Below are positions 54,789-63,615 of a stretch of DNA of 64,000 nucleotides, piece after piece. Each line of letters starts with the position of its first letter. The first letter of the stretch is position 1. The notes beneath the pieces are model-generated. The model saw only the letters and a program-made list of their open reading frames with translations, did not search any database and had not been told where the DNA came from. Location of the stretch: the IMG/VR virus record IMGVR_UViG_3300022666_000111. The stretch is one strand, 5' to 3'. Made by a program: the position numbers and the translations under genes. Origin of the DNA: a virus. Its lineage: Duplodnaviria > Caudoviricetes.

Positions 54789-55067
54789 ATGTCCACGTAT
54801 GAAGTCACGCCCTACACCAAGGCGAAGTCCAACGCCCTAGCCGATCAAGCGCAAGCCGAGGCCGATAAGGCTCAAGAGGCCCTCAACCTTGACGCCATGT
54901 CGCCCTCCGAACTTGAAGCCGTGACGCACCCCAAGCTCAAAGCCTACGCCCGGCTCAAGATCCGCGCCATGAAGGCCCGCTACAGCGGCAACATCGCCCA
55001 AGCCGTCCTCCTCGAGGACAAGTGTGAGAAGTCCTACAAGAAGCTCCCTCCCGAGCTTAGGTGGTGA
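54789..55067 (+). CDS. hypothetical protein
   Basis: Codon bias. Confidence 0.6.
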   Translation: MSTYEVTPYTKAKSNALADQAQAEADKAQEALNLDAMSPSELEAVTHPKLKAYARLKIRAMKARYSGNIAQAVLLEDKCEKSYKKLPPELRW

Positions 55068-55071
55068 CGCT

Positions 55072-55260
55072 ATGAGCATCCGAGCTACCCTCGAGCTGGC
55101 CCAAAAGCTCCGCGAGCTTATCGAGAAATCGCGCCAGGACGCCTCCCTTGTGAAGGCTGAAAAGGAAGCCTCCCTTGTGGAAGCAAAACGCAAGCTCGAT
55201 GAGCCCAAGGACGCCCTTGACCAGCTAAGAGACGCCGACCTCTTCGAGGAGGACCCATGA
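55072..55260 (+). CDS. small protein with acidic tail motif
   Basis: Ends EPKDALDQLRDADLFEEDP. Confidence 0.6.
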   Translation: MSIRATLELAQKLRELIEKSRQDASLVKAEKEASLVEAKRKLDEPKDALDQLRDADLFEEDP

Positions 55261-55691
55261 ACCCCTGCTTTCACGACCACGGCCGCGTGGGCTTCTTCAA
55301 CGAGCGCAAGAACCTCAAGGTCCACCTCACCGCCGACCTACGCCCAACCAACGGACCCCAATTCTTGAACCTTCGCGAAAGCGAAGCCCGCGCCTTGGTC
55401 AACCGCGCACGCGCCCTCTACCCCAACTACGTCATCCACGTCGTATGGTCCTCCAACGTCATCATCGACAGCATAGCCTATGACTTCACACGTGAACGAG
55501 ATCTGCAACTTCACCTCTTCATGAGCGACCGCTTCGGAGGCAACCTGACGCCCCCTGACTGGATGCGTGAACCCGGCGCCCCAACCGTCACACGTGAACC
55601 CGTAGCCAAGGCTCCAAGCCCACGCAAGCTGCCCCCAGAACCCAAAGAGGTTGACGCCTTCACCATGCTCATGGAGGACGACTTCCTGTGA
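55257..55691 (+). CDS. repeat-domain protein with acidic tail
   Basis: IHVVW..L.LF..PPDW; ends DAFTMLMEDDFL. Confidence 0.65.
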   Translation: MNPCFHDHGRVGFFNERKNLKVHLTADLRPTNGPQFLNLRESEARALVNRARALYPNYVIHVVWSSNVIIDSIAYDFTRERDLQLHLFMSDRFGGNLTPPDWMREPGAPTVTREPVAKAPSPRKLPPEPKEVDAFTMLMEDDFL

Positions 55692-56326
55692 GCGCGGCGA
55701 CCGTTACCTATGCCAATGACGGTTTGGTCAAGGGCACCTACGGCTACCTTGACCAAACCGGCAAAGCGTCCCCTTGCCTACGCTGGTCAAAAGAGCTGAA
55801 CCCAAGACAAGCCCAAATCCGCGTCGCAGCCCTGGCCAAGAAACTCGAGTCACACGCCTGCCTTCACGTGCTGTGGCGTACACACCCCCTCTGCGACACT
55901 ATGCTCACCCTGGCCTTCGTCAAAACCGCCCAACCCCAAGACGGGGATAGCCCACCTTGGACCGAAGCCATCGGCGAACCCAAAGCGTCATACCGTCACG
56001 TGAAAGGTAACCCAGCCTTCCCAGAAGGCGTCCAAGGCGACTACGCCTTCCTCGGCCCCAACGGTGGACGCTCAAGACACCTACACTGGTCCGAATCCCT
56101 TACGCCCACCAAAGCCTACCAACGCGTCGCCTTGGTCAGCGCGGAACGTACCTCGCCCGACCTTCACGTGCTGTGGCGCTACTCGCCCCTACGCCCAGGC
56201 CGCGTAGACCTCGCCTTCCTTGCCGTAACCCAAGCCCAGGAAAGCACGCTCCCACCTTGGATGCCCCGTGTCAAAAGACCCAAACGTGACTTCTTCGACA
56301 TCTTGACCGAGGACGATATCCTATGA
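55688..56326 (+). CDS. tandem two-domain protein with acidic tail
   Basis: W...L....A..RVA...LHVLWR..P....LAF....PPW twice; ends RDFFDILTEDDIL. Confidence 0.7.
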   Translation: MSAATVTYANDGLVKGTYGYLDQTGKASPCLRWSKELNPRQAQIRVAALAKKLESHACLHVLWRTHPLCDTMLTLAFVKTAQPQDGDSPPWTEAIGEPKASYRHVKGNPAFPEGVQGDYAFLGPNGGRSRHLHWSESLTPTKAYQRVALVSAERTSPDLHVLWRYSPLRPGRVDLAFLAVTQAQESTLPPWMPRVKRPKRDFFDILTEDDIL

Positions 56327-56931
56327 GCCACCTGGTCTTCGCCAATACACGCACGCGCAGAACGCCCCCGGCCCAAACCAAAATCCAAGCCGCCTCCCTC
56401 GGCAGCTCATACGAGGCCGCTACTACCGCCGTCCTGCGCGCCGTGCGGGACAACATGGGCCAAGACTTCTACATCCCGTGGAAAGAACTACGCCGCGACG
56501 TCATCTGGTACGAAATCCGCCGCTTCACCCGAGACGCCCCCGAAAGTAGCAGCCCCTTCCCCGACTGGTTCACTCATAAGCAAACCGTGAGCTACGAAGA
56601 AACCGATCTCAATATCCACCCCAACGGTATGCACCCCATCGTCCAAGCCGCCCCACCAGGCTATACCTTCGCCGACCACGTCCGCGCTGGAGCCGCTTGG
56701 ACCATCACCTTGAACCATACCGTCGCCATGGAACACATACGGAGAGCCGCCGAATTCGTCGCCCCTCTCAACCTCTACGTCCGCTGGATGCCTTGGCGCT
56801 GGGGCGTCCGCCTCGCCCTCTTCAAAACCGTCCAACCTATCCCCATAACGCCCCTCCCACCCTGGGCCGGAGGCGACGCCCCCACACAACGCGACTTCTT
56901 CGACCTCTTGACCGAGGACAATACCCTGTGA
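56323..56931 (+). CDS. repeat-domain protein with acidic tail
   Basis: LYVRW...LALF...LPPW; ends RDFFDLLTEDNTL. Confidence 0.7.
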   Translation: MSHLVFANTRTRRTPPAQTKIQAASLGSSYEAATTAVLRAVRDNMGQDFYIPWKELRRDVIWYEIRRFTRDAPESSSPFPDWFTHKQTVSYEETDLNIHPNGMHPIVQAAPPGYTFADHVRAGAAWTITLNHTVAMEHIRRAAEFVAPLNLYVRWMPWRWGVRLALFKTVQPIPITPLPPWAGGDAPTQRDFFDLLTEDNTL

Positions 56932-57425
56932 GCCCACAAGGCTACGTCTTCATCGAATACAAACCTCCTCATGGAAAGCGACACGTGAAAAGCGTTACCT
57001 CGGTTCTCCGAAGCGTCATCTTCATGCTCAAGCCCCGTGTGGTGAACGTCAACCCCAAGGACGTCCCAGCCATCCGCCGCCAACGCTGGTTCGAGGTCAA
57101 CACCCACAACGCTACCAACTACGGCCACGTGGGCTACGCCCTACAAACGCGAATCTACGCCAATACCACCGTCCCAAGAGGTCACGTCCACGGGGATACA
57201 CGCCCTCAACCCCTAACCCAAGCCCAACGCGCCCTCCTAGAACGCGGCGTCGACGACGAAGCCCTCGCACACTACAAGAGCATCGCCCTACGCCAATGCG
57301 TCAACCTCGGCTACGCCATACGTACACGCCCAGGAGGCTTCTACCGAACTACCCCAGCCGGTTGCCACGCCATCCAAACCTTCCCCGACGCCTACGCCAA
57401 ACTCCTCTCCGGTGTAGACCTCTAA
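56928..57425 (+). CDS. hypothetical protein
   Basis: GTGA coupling. Confidence 0.55.
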   Translation: MSPQGYVFIEYKPPHGKRHVKSVTSVLRSVIFMLKPRVVNVNPKDVPAIRRQRWFEVNTHNATNYGHVGYALQTRIYANTTVPRGHVHGDTRPQPLTQAQRALLERGVDDEALAHYKSIALRQCVNLGYAIRTRPGGFYRTTPAGCHAIQTFPDAYAKLLSGVDL

Positions 57426-57426
57426 C

Positions 57427-57882
57427 ATGCCAACCCTCATCGCCGAATTCGCCTTCACCAAACAAGGCCAACACTGCATCACCCTCAACCGCCCACCCGT
57501 TACCCCTACGCCCGGTATGCACCTCAAAGCACAAACCGGCGAACAGGCAACCGTCCTCTCCGTCGAACGTATGCAGAAGGCTACAGGCCCAGGCAATAAC
57601 TGGGTCCTCACCCTCACTCAACCCCTCCCAGCCAATACACCCCTAGAGGCTACACCAGCCCAACGCCCCGAAACAGGCCCTATGGCTTTCGGTTCCGACT
57701 GGCCAGGCGTCTTCATCCGAGGCGATAACGCCCTCGCCTATACCCTAGCCCTCCAAAACGCCCTCAACCAAGACCCCGACAACCTCGAACTACGCTCCCT
57801 CCTGAGCTTGCTCTCCTCCTGCCAATGCCCCGCACCCACTACCGTACACCTCAACCCCTTCACCGAATGCTTGCCCAAATGA
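57427..57882 (+). CDS. hypothetical protein
   Basis: GGTGTAG-N9-ATG; ETGPM.FG.DWPGVFIRGDNA. Confidence 0.65.
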   Translation: MPTLIAEFAFTKQGQHCITLNRPPVTPTPGMHLKAQTGEQATVLSVERMQKATGPGNNWVLTLTQPLPANTPLEATPAQRPETGPMAFGSDWPGVFIRGDNALAYTLALQNALNQDPDNLELRSLLSLLSSCQCPAPTTVHLNPFTECLPK

Positions 57883-58070
57883 ACTACCTCATCGTCCGTA
57901 CACACGAGAACGGCGAAGTGTCCCTCCAGTACGCCGCTACCCTACGCGACCTGGAAACCCTCGCCAACGAAGACCCCAACCCCAACAACCCCACCGTGAG
58001 CATCCAACGCTACGCCCTCCTCCCCTAACGATTCCAGTTGATCCCCCACCCCCTCACGCATGTAGCCACC

Positions 58071-58406
58071 ATGGATACAGCCAACAGCTACCGCGAAGCC
58101 CGTGCCTGCCGCAAACTCGTCGCCAACGCCTCCATCAAAATCGAAGAGGCCACTCTCGACGGTACCACCTTCAGCCTCAAAATCCGCACCACCCTGGGTG
58201 CCATCGTCGGCTACGGCAACGTCAACCCCGACGCCTGTAACGAAGGCTGGACCCTCAACGGTAAGCCTATCCCCATGAAGGACTGGCCCGACATCGACGT
58301 CGTCACCCCACTGACCCCCAATACTGACGGCTACTGGCACCGCCTAAGTACCCTCGTCAGCCAACTCGAAGAATGGATCAACAACCTCGTGGAACGTCAA
58401 GGCTAG
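58071..58406 (+). CDS. hypothetical protein
   Basis: Last gene of the + strand run. Confidence 0.55.
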   Translation: MDTANSYREARACRKLVANASIKIEEATLDGTTFSLKIRTTLGAIVGYGNVNPDACNEGWTLNGKPIPMKDWPDIDVVTPLTPNTDGYWHRLSTLVSQLEEWINNLVERQG

Positions 58407-58480
58407 ATCCCCAGATCGCCTTTGCCTACAACCCCCACCAGCCCATCTACAATCCCCAGATCACCTTTACCTACAACCCC
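58407..58480. repeat. two 29-bp imperfect direct repeats
   Basis: ATCCCCAGATCRCCTTTRCCTACAACCCC at 58407 and 58452. Confidence 0.8.
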
Positions 58481-58639
58481 CTCAAAACACACGGATGCTA
58501 AACACTCGTGCGCGTCCGGTCACGATTGGCCGAAAAACGATATTGGCACAGATATTGTCTCAGAGGCCGGTAGTTTAGCTCCGATGTAGGCGTAGGAATA
58601 TACGGTTGATCGTCTGCTGTGTGGGGTGTAGAAGGGGGT

Positions 58640-58801
58640 ATGAAGCCCTACGGGAACACGCGGTATGAGAACCTGGTATGTGCCTACGGGTGCTGCTCGG
58701 GTGGGTGTGTGCACAAGGGGACGCTGGGCTACCGTGTCCCCAAGGCGGTGCGACGCCGGGCTCGCAAGCGGGCAAGGCGGGAGGGCAAGAGCTATGAGTG
58801 A
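58640..58801 (+). CDS. small basic protein MKPYG..
   Basis: GGTGTAG-N8-ATG; resembles 8544..8720. Confidence 0.6.
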   Translation: MKPYGNTRYENLVCAYGCCSGGCVHKGTLGYRVPKAVRRRARKRARREGKSYE

Positions 58802-58862
58802 GCGCCTACCGGGGGACCCTCCCCCTGACAAGATGGCTCCAACCGTGACGCCCCAGTCTGAG

Positions 58863-59357
58863 TCAGCCCTTATGTGTGGCGAGGTACTGTAGTGCTGCCT
58901 GGAAGATCTTGGGGTTCTCGCGAAGGAATCCGATGCCAGTATTGCAGGCGTTGCAAAGGAGGCCGCGTACAGCACCGGTGGTGTGGTTATGGTCGATGCA
59001 CAAGCGCCCATTGGCTGGAGGGGGTTCCCCACAGATGGCGCACACGCCTCCCTGAACAAGGAGCTGGGTGTCGTACCATGCAGGGCACACGCAGCGCTTT
59101 CGAAGCCGCTGCTTTCGGCGTTGGCGTTCGGCCGGGACGTTTAGGCCCTTCAGGGGATCCCCCACCTCCTTGTGGGCTTGTAGTGCTGTGTCAGCCTCGG
59201 TCATACGCTCCTCGGCTTTACGCAAGCGTGCCTCGCAATAGCGGAGGCGGTTCTGGAGCTTGGAGACCTCGTCGCGCAGGGCCTTACGTGTTAGGTACTC
59301 CTGACACCTTCCGAACATGGCACAGAGAGGGTTGGTATCAGGGAAGGGCTCACTCAT
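58863..59357 (-). CDS. endonuclease VII domain protein
   Basis: QGGVCAIC...LCIDHNH.TG.VRGLLC..CN..IG. Confidence 0.85.
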   Translation of the reverse strand: MSEPFPDTNPLCAMFGRCQEYLTRKALRDEVSKLQNRLRYCEARLRKAEERMTEADTALQAHKEVGDPLKGLNVPAERQRRKQRLRKRCVCPAWYDTQLLVQGGVCAICGEPPPANGRLCIDHNHTTGAVRGLLCNACNTGIGFLRENPKIFQAALQYLATHKG

Positions 59358-59535
59358 GCTTGGCCTCCTGGTGTAACGCTGCCTCCATCTGGGTGAGCCC
59401 CTTCTCCAACAGGAGACGTAGGACACCTGAGCGGTTGACTGGAACTCCAGCACTACGCTCCCGGAGGGTAGCCTCAACCTGGTTGAGGCGCTTCAACAGC
59501 TCAGCATCCAGCCTCAGTGATATCAGTGTGATCAT
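59350..59535 (-). CDS. ribbon-helix-helix (CopG-like) regulator
   Basis: ISLRLDAELLKRL...NRSGVLRLLLEKGL. Confidence 0.75.
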   Translation of the reverse strand: MITLISLRLDAELLKRLNQVEATLRERSAGVPVNRSGVLRLLLEKGLTQMEAALHQEAKHE

Positions 59536-60054
59536 GGTAGGCGGTGTAGCACAGAGAATACAACAGTCAAGAGAAGTCTGGAGAGATCATGTCACGATTA
59601 CGCCCTGTGAGTGAGCGGCCTCCTTCTGGGGAGGCGGTGTTGGTACTGACGCGGGGGTCGCCGTTGTTCTATCGGGGCATCTGGTTCGTGGATGAACGGT
59701 GGACGGTAGAGGGTGAGCTGACCAGGGACCCTGATGTAGTCGGGTGGATCCCTATGCCTACCGTGTCGGAGGATGGGGAGGTTTGCCTCGGCCCGCAAAA
59801 GTGATGCCATGCCAGAATCGCTCGATTATCTTTTTCGAGGTTCGGCAGGCGGCTACGGGGCGTGTTGAGTATGCGCACGTTGGGCGGTCGGCAAACGCTG
59901 AAAAGGGGGAATGGGGGTCTCTTCTAAGGGGGGGTTCTGGTAGGCGGGGTCTGGATTTTTCGCCCGGCTGAATTTTGGCCCGGAAGTCAAAAATCGCCAG
60001 GGGTGATAAAGAGGCTGATGGTGGCGGCCAAGGCGGCGAGGGTAACGAGGGCGG

Positions 60055-60471
60055 CTAGGGTTGACACTTGGTGGCTTTCCGTTGGGCGTAGGTTGATTCT
60101 AGGGTGAAGCTGATCTTGTTGACGTCGGAGAGCTTAGCCCAGAAGGAGGTTGAGGCTTTGCCGTTGGGTTTGACGATCTTCCAGGTGATGGAGTCGTAGT
60201 TAGCTTCGCGGGAGGGGGCGGCCTTGGCGGTATTGCGGACGTAGACACGTGCGACCTCGAGGGTGGTACCTGCTGGGAGGGTGATGGTGGTGGTCCGGCG
60301 TTTGGCGCAAGTCTTGGGGTCGACGTAGTAGTCGCGCCAGGAGAGGGGTTGGGTGATGGCGCCTTGGAGGAGGAGGAAGCGGGCGTTGCGGCGTTCGAAG
60401 TAGGCTGTGAAGGTCCAGGGGAGGTTGAGGGTGATACGGTCACCGCAGGCTGGGATGTAGAGGGTGGTCAT
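60055..60471 (-). CDS. hypothetical protein
   Basis: GGTGTAG-N9-ATG; FWAKL.DVN. Confidence 0.7.
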   Translation of the reverse strand: MTTLYIPACGDRITLNLPWTFTAYFERRNARFLLLQGAITQPLSWRDYYVDPKTCAKRRTTTITLPAGTTLEVARVYVRNTAKAAPSREANYDSITWKIVKPNGKASTSFWAKLSDVNKISFTLESTYAQRKATKCQP

Positions 60472-60782
60472 ACTGGGATGCTACACCGTGCGAGGGCGTC
60501 TTTGAGGACCTTGGTAGCGGTAGGGATGGCGTTGGAGTCGACGCCTTCGGCGTCTATGGTGAGGGTTGCTGATCCGTTCCAGTAGTCGATGTGGGCTTGG
60601 AGGATGCAGACGCTGATGGGGCAGGTAGCTCTAGCGGTAGCGGTTATGAGGTCGCCGAGGGCGGCGAGGTTTTGGTAGGTCCCCTTGGCGGTGATTTCGG
60701 CGCGAACGGTGTCGAGCTTTTCTTCGGTCTTGTAGACGCGGGCGGTTTGTGTTGTGACGTTGAGGTCGAGTGAGATCTTCAT
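60468..60782 (-). CDS. hypothetical protein
   Basis: ATGA coupling. Confidence 0.55.
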   Translation of the reverse strand: MKISLDLNVTTQTARVYKTEEKLDTVRAEITAKGTYQNLAALGDLITATARATCPISVCILQAHIDYWNGSATLTIDAEGVDSNAIPTATKVLKDALARCSIPV

Positions 60783-60789
60783 GGGGGTA

Positions 60790-61311
60790 CTATGCGTCTG
60801 GATCGGTGGGATCAATTGGGAGGGGTTCGATTTCGAGAGGGGTTGTAGGGTTTAGGGGTGGTTCGGGTGCGGAGTGGTTGTCGTCGCGGAGCTTGTCGAA
60901 GAGGGTGGGGCCTTGGGGAGGTTCGGGGCCTTGTTGGACGAGGCGGCTTGAGATGATATCGTCGTCGGTGAGGGGCGTATCCGAAAGGCAGAGGCAGAGG
61001 TTTCTATCGGGGTCCCGGACGGTGAAGAAGAGGTTGCCGGTTTTCTGGACGACGAAGACGTCGCCGGTTCTAGCGTAGCGGAACCATTCGATGGGGCGTT
61101 CTTCGTGGCACCAGAGGTAGCGGAAGATGGGGTAGCCTATGGGGGGGACGAGGCTCCAGACGTTGCCGTAGGGTTCGTCGGGGGCGAAGAACTCAATGGA
61201 GAGGCAGCCGTTGGGTTCGAGGTCTTCGAGGATACGGGCGAGGGAGAGGGGCTTTAGTCGTGCCCACCATTGGCCTTTTCTTGGTGTGAAGTCGACGTCT
61301 GAGATATGCAC
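60790..61311 (-). CDS. hypothetical protein with near-terminal tail motif
   Basis: GGTGTAG-N8-GTG; PTLFDKLRDD. Confidence 0.6.
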   Translation of the reverse strand: MHISDVDFTPRKGQWWARLKPLSLARILEDLEPNGCLSIEFFAPDEPYGNVWSLVPPIGYPIFRYLWCHEERPIEWFRYARTGDVFVVQKTGNLFFTVRDPDRNLCLCLSDTPLTDDDIISSRLVQQGPEPPQGPTLFDKLRDDNHSAPEPPLNPTTPLEIEPLPIDPTDPDA

Positions 61312-61319
61312 GTAGGGGT

Positions 61320-62003
61320 CTACACCGTGGGGAAGACCTTACCGTCGCGCAAGCGGATGGTTGTGATGACGCGGGTTTCGGTGAGCTTTTGGATTTGGCG
61401 GATGGCGCCGGGGGTAGACTTGTAGTGGTGTTTGATTTGGGCGAGGGCGTCTTTGAGGGGCGTTCCGGGGTGGGCCTTGGCGAAGTCGGTGAGGTTGATG
61501 ACGGTTTGCTTGAAGGGGGTCCAAGCGCCGGATTGGCTACCGGCTGGGCAGAAGGTTTTCTGCTCTTCGTGGAGGCGCCAGCGGGCGGAGCCTGGGCGGT
61601 TGGTAGGGGAGAGGGTTTCGGTGACGTTGCGTGAGACTTCGATGAGGCCGATACCTTTCCAGACGAGGACTTCTTTGGCGAAGCGTGTCACGTCGGTTTT
61701 GCGTCGGAACGGGACGGCGACCGAGACGCGTTGGGCGTAGGGGACCCAGCGGTTGGCTTGGGAGAGGACTTCGAGGTTGAGGTTGCATTTGACCTCGATG
61801 ACCCAGATGGTCATATCTTGGCGTGCGACGATGTCGGCGCGGTTGCCTAAGAAGTCGACCTCTTGGAAGACCTCCCAGCCCAGGTCTTTCAGCCAGGCGA
61901 CGACGGGGGCTGCGACGTCGGTTTCGGCGAGACGCGGCTTACGGTTGCGCCTCGACTTTGGTAGTACAGGATGACGTTTCTTGCGGGTTTTCCTTCGGAC
62001 CAT
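61320..62003 (-). CDS. PD-(D/E)XK nuclease-like protein (DUF2161-like); start uncertain
   Basis: ETD...V..WL...GWEV.QEV...ADIVA...IEVK..L..L.QA. Confidence 0.7.
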   Translation of the reverse strand: MVRRKTRKKRHPVLPKSRRNRKPRLAETDVAAPVVAWLKDLGWEVFQEVDFLGNRADIVARQDMTIWVIEVKCNLNLEVLSQANRWVPYAQRVSVAVPFRRKTDVTRFAKEVLVWKGIGLIEVSRNVTETLSPTNRPGSARWRLHEEQKTFCPAGSQSGAWTPFKQTVINLTDFAKAHPGTPLKDALAQIKHHYKSTPGAIRQIQKLTETRVITTIRLRDGKVFPTV

Positions 62004-62092
62004 TTTGCTATTGGGGCGGCCTCTACAATGGTGTTGCCCTCGACGAGGAGGCCGAAGCAAGCGTAGGGCAAGACGACGCGCAGGAGGGTCAA
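61889..62092 (-). CDS. small phage hypothetical protein
   Basis: LRVVLPYACFGL.V....V.AAPI.KW..GK; overlaps neighbour. Confidence 0.45.
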   Translation of the reverse strand: MTLLRVVLPYACFGLLVEGNTIVEAAPIAKWSEGKPARNVILYYQSRGATVSRVSPKPTSQPPSSPG

Positions 62093-62340
62093 GCGCAAGC
62101 CTCGCTCATGCGGATAGCTTCCCAGAGGGAGGGGCGTTGTTCGGGCATGAGGGCGTAGGTTTGTCCGCCGCGTGGGCCGGGCTTACTGGCTCGCACGACC
62201 TTGCCACGTTTGACGAGGCGGGTCAGCGCGGTCGATACGCAAGAGGGGTCGGCCTTGAGGCGGCGGGCCACTTGCGTAGCGGAGAGAGGGCTTTCGGTTT
62301 GAAGCTCGCGGAGGATTCTCTGTGGTAGTGTCGCCATCAT
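62089..62340 (-). CDS. MarR-like winged HTH protein
   Basis: LSATQVARRL.....VS.AL.RLV.RG.V. Confidence 0.7.
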   Translation of the reverse strand: MMATLPQRILRELQTESPLSATQVARRLKADPSCVSTALTRLVKRGKVVRASKPGPRGGQTYALMPEQRPSLWEAIRMSEACA

Positions 62341-62738
62341 TTGCGCTTTGGCATTGGAGGAATCGCTACCGTCGTCGCAACACCATCCCCGGTTCGCGTA
62401 TAGCTAAACGACCAACGACGAGGCCGGTATTCAGACAGGACCCCTACGTAGGTCAAGGTAGTCATCCCGGCTCTATAGGAGGTTACGGTTAGGACTTCGC
62501 GTGTATGGTAGCCGTCTTTGTTGTGTTCGAGGGGGACTTCGTAGAGCACGCGGCCTTTGGTGCGTTTGCATGGGATGCGTGTTCTTTTGCTTCCGAGGTT
62601 GGTTGTGAGGAAGACGCCGCATTCGGGGGAGGGTTTGAGCGATCCCTCGTGGAATGACGTGTCGTCGATTTCTATGACGAGGCGGCCGGGGTAGACTTCG
62701 GGGATGATGCGGATGGGTCCGTCGAAGGAGATGAGCAT
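62337..62738 (-). CDS. hypothetical protein
   Basis: GGTGTAG-N9-ATG. Confidence 0.6.
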   Translation of the reverse strand: MLISFDGPIRIIPEVYPGRLVIEIDDTSFHEGSLKPSPECGVFLTTNLGSKRTRIPCKRTKGRVLYEVPLEHNKDGYHTREVLTVTSYRAGMTTLTYVGVLSEYRPRRWSFSYTRTGDGVATTVAIPPMPKRK

Positions 62739-62747
62739 GGTGAAGAA

Positions 62748-62948
62748 CTACACCGTAGGGCCGAAGACGATCCTGCGGTAGGTCTTGATTGCTTCGGCGG
62801 CCATGGTTCGAAACTCGTCCTTCTCGTGCTCCTCGAGGCTATCCCAGGGGGTTCGGGGGCGTCCGGTAGCGGCCAGGTAGTCCTCGTCGGACATGCCGCC
62901 GTCTACGCGATAGATTGCCATTGCGACGCGGTCGTTGACGCTTGGCAT
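62748..62948 (-). CDS. small hypothetical protein
   Basis: TGATG coupling; stop is the TAG of GGTGTAG. Confidence 0.6.
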   Translation of the reverse strand: MPSVNDRVAMAIYRVDGGMSDEDYLAATGRPRTPWDSLEEHEKDEFRTMAAEAIKTYRRIVFGPTV

Positions 62949-63262
62949 CAGAAGGTCTCCGTCACGATGCGGACCTCGGGCGTCGCCCGGATGGTTTCGA
63001 TGTCTCTACGGGTGGTGAGGGGGTTTCGTTCACGGGGGTCGGGGCGTGGGATGCTGGCGCCTTCGGGCCAGGTTTCAAGGGGCGGGACCCTAATGGTGAT
63101 GCCGTAGAAGTAGCGGATGTTCTGGTAGGCGCCGTCTTCGTCGGTTTGGATGTAGCCGTCGACGGCGACGATGGGGCCGGGAGGGCCTTTGTAGTTTGGG
63201 CCGCAGGGGTAGATGCGGGCGTCTGGGCCAAGGACGCAGAGCGTGACTTCTGCTTTTTGCAT
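62948..63262 (-). CDS. hypothetical protein
   Basis: ORF track. Confidence 0.5.
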   Translation of the reverse strand: MQKAEVTLCVLGPDARIYPCGPNYKGPPGPIVAVDGYIQTDEDGAYQNIRYFYGITIRVPPLETWPEGASIPRPDPRERNPLTTRRDIETIRATPEVRIVTETF

Positions 63263-63606
63263 GGGGGCGATCCGAATTTCCTTGAGAGGTTGAAGGAGAT
63301 GCCGGGGAGCAGGACGCCGATGGCTTGGATGGACCCTGTCCAGAAGGATGCCGGTTTGCGAAGGTCCAGGTAGTAGCTTGGCCCGTCCGGGATGACGATC
63401 TTGTAGGTCCCTTCGATAGCGGGGATCAGGGTTTCATAGCTGCCGCGCTTGGGGATCGCTTTCCAGATCGACGTCCCGTCTCCGCAGGAGACCTTTCGGA
63501 GGACCTCTCCGCTGGTATGCGGGTCGCGGGGAAAGATCACAACGGAGAGCGTTCGATCTTTGGCAGGGTTCAGGTGGAAGTTCTCGGGGGAGATGTTTAC
63601 AATCAT
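62962..63606 (-). CDS. hypothetical protein (3' part overlaps next gene; boundary doubtful)
   Basis: AGGAG SD. Confidence 0.45.
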   Translation of the reverse strand: MIVNISPENFHLNPAKDRTLSVVIFPRDPHTSGEVLRKVSCGDGTSIWKAIPKRGSYETLIPAIEGTYKIVIPDGPSYYLDLRKPASFWTGSIQAIGVLLPGISFNLSRKFGSPPCKKQKSRSASLAQTPASTPAAQTTKALPAPSSPSTATSKPTKTAPTRTSATSTASPLGSRPLKPGPKAPASHAPTPVNETPSPPVETSKPSGRRPRSAS

Positions 63607-63615
63607 GCTGATCTC

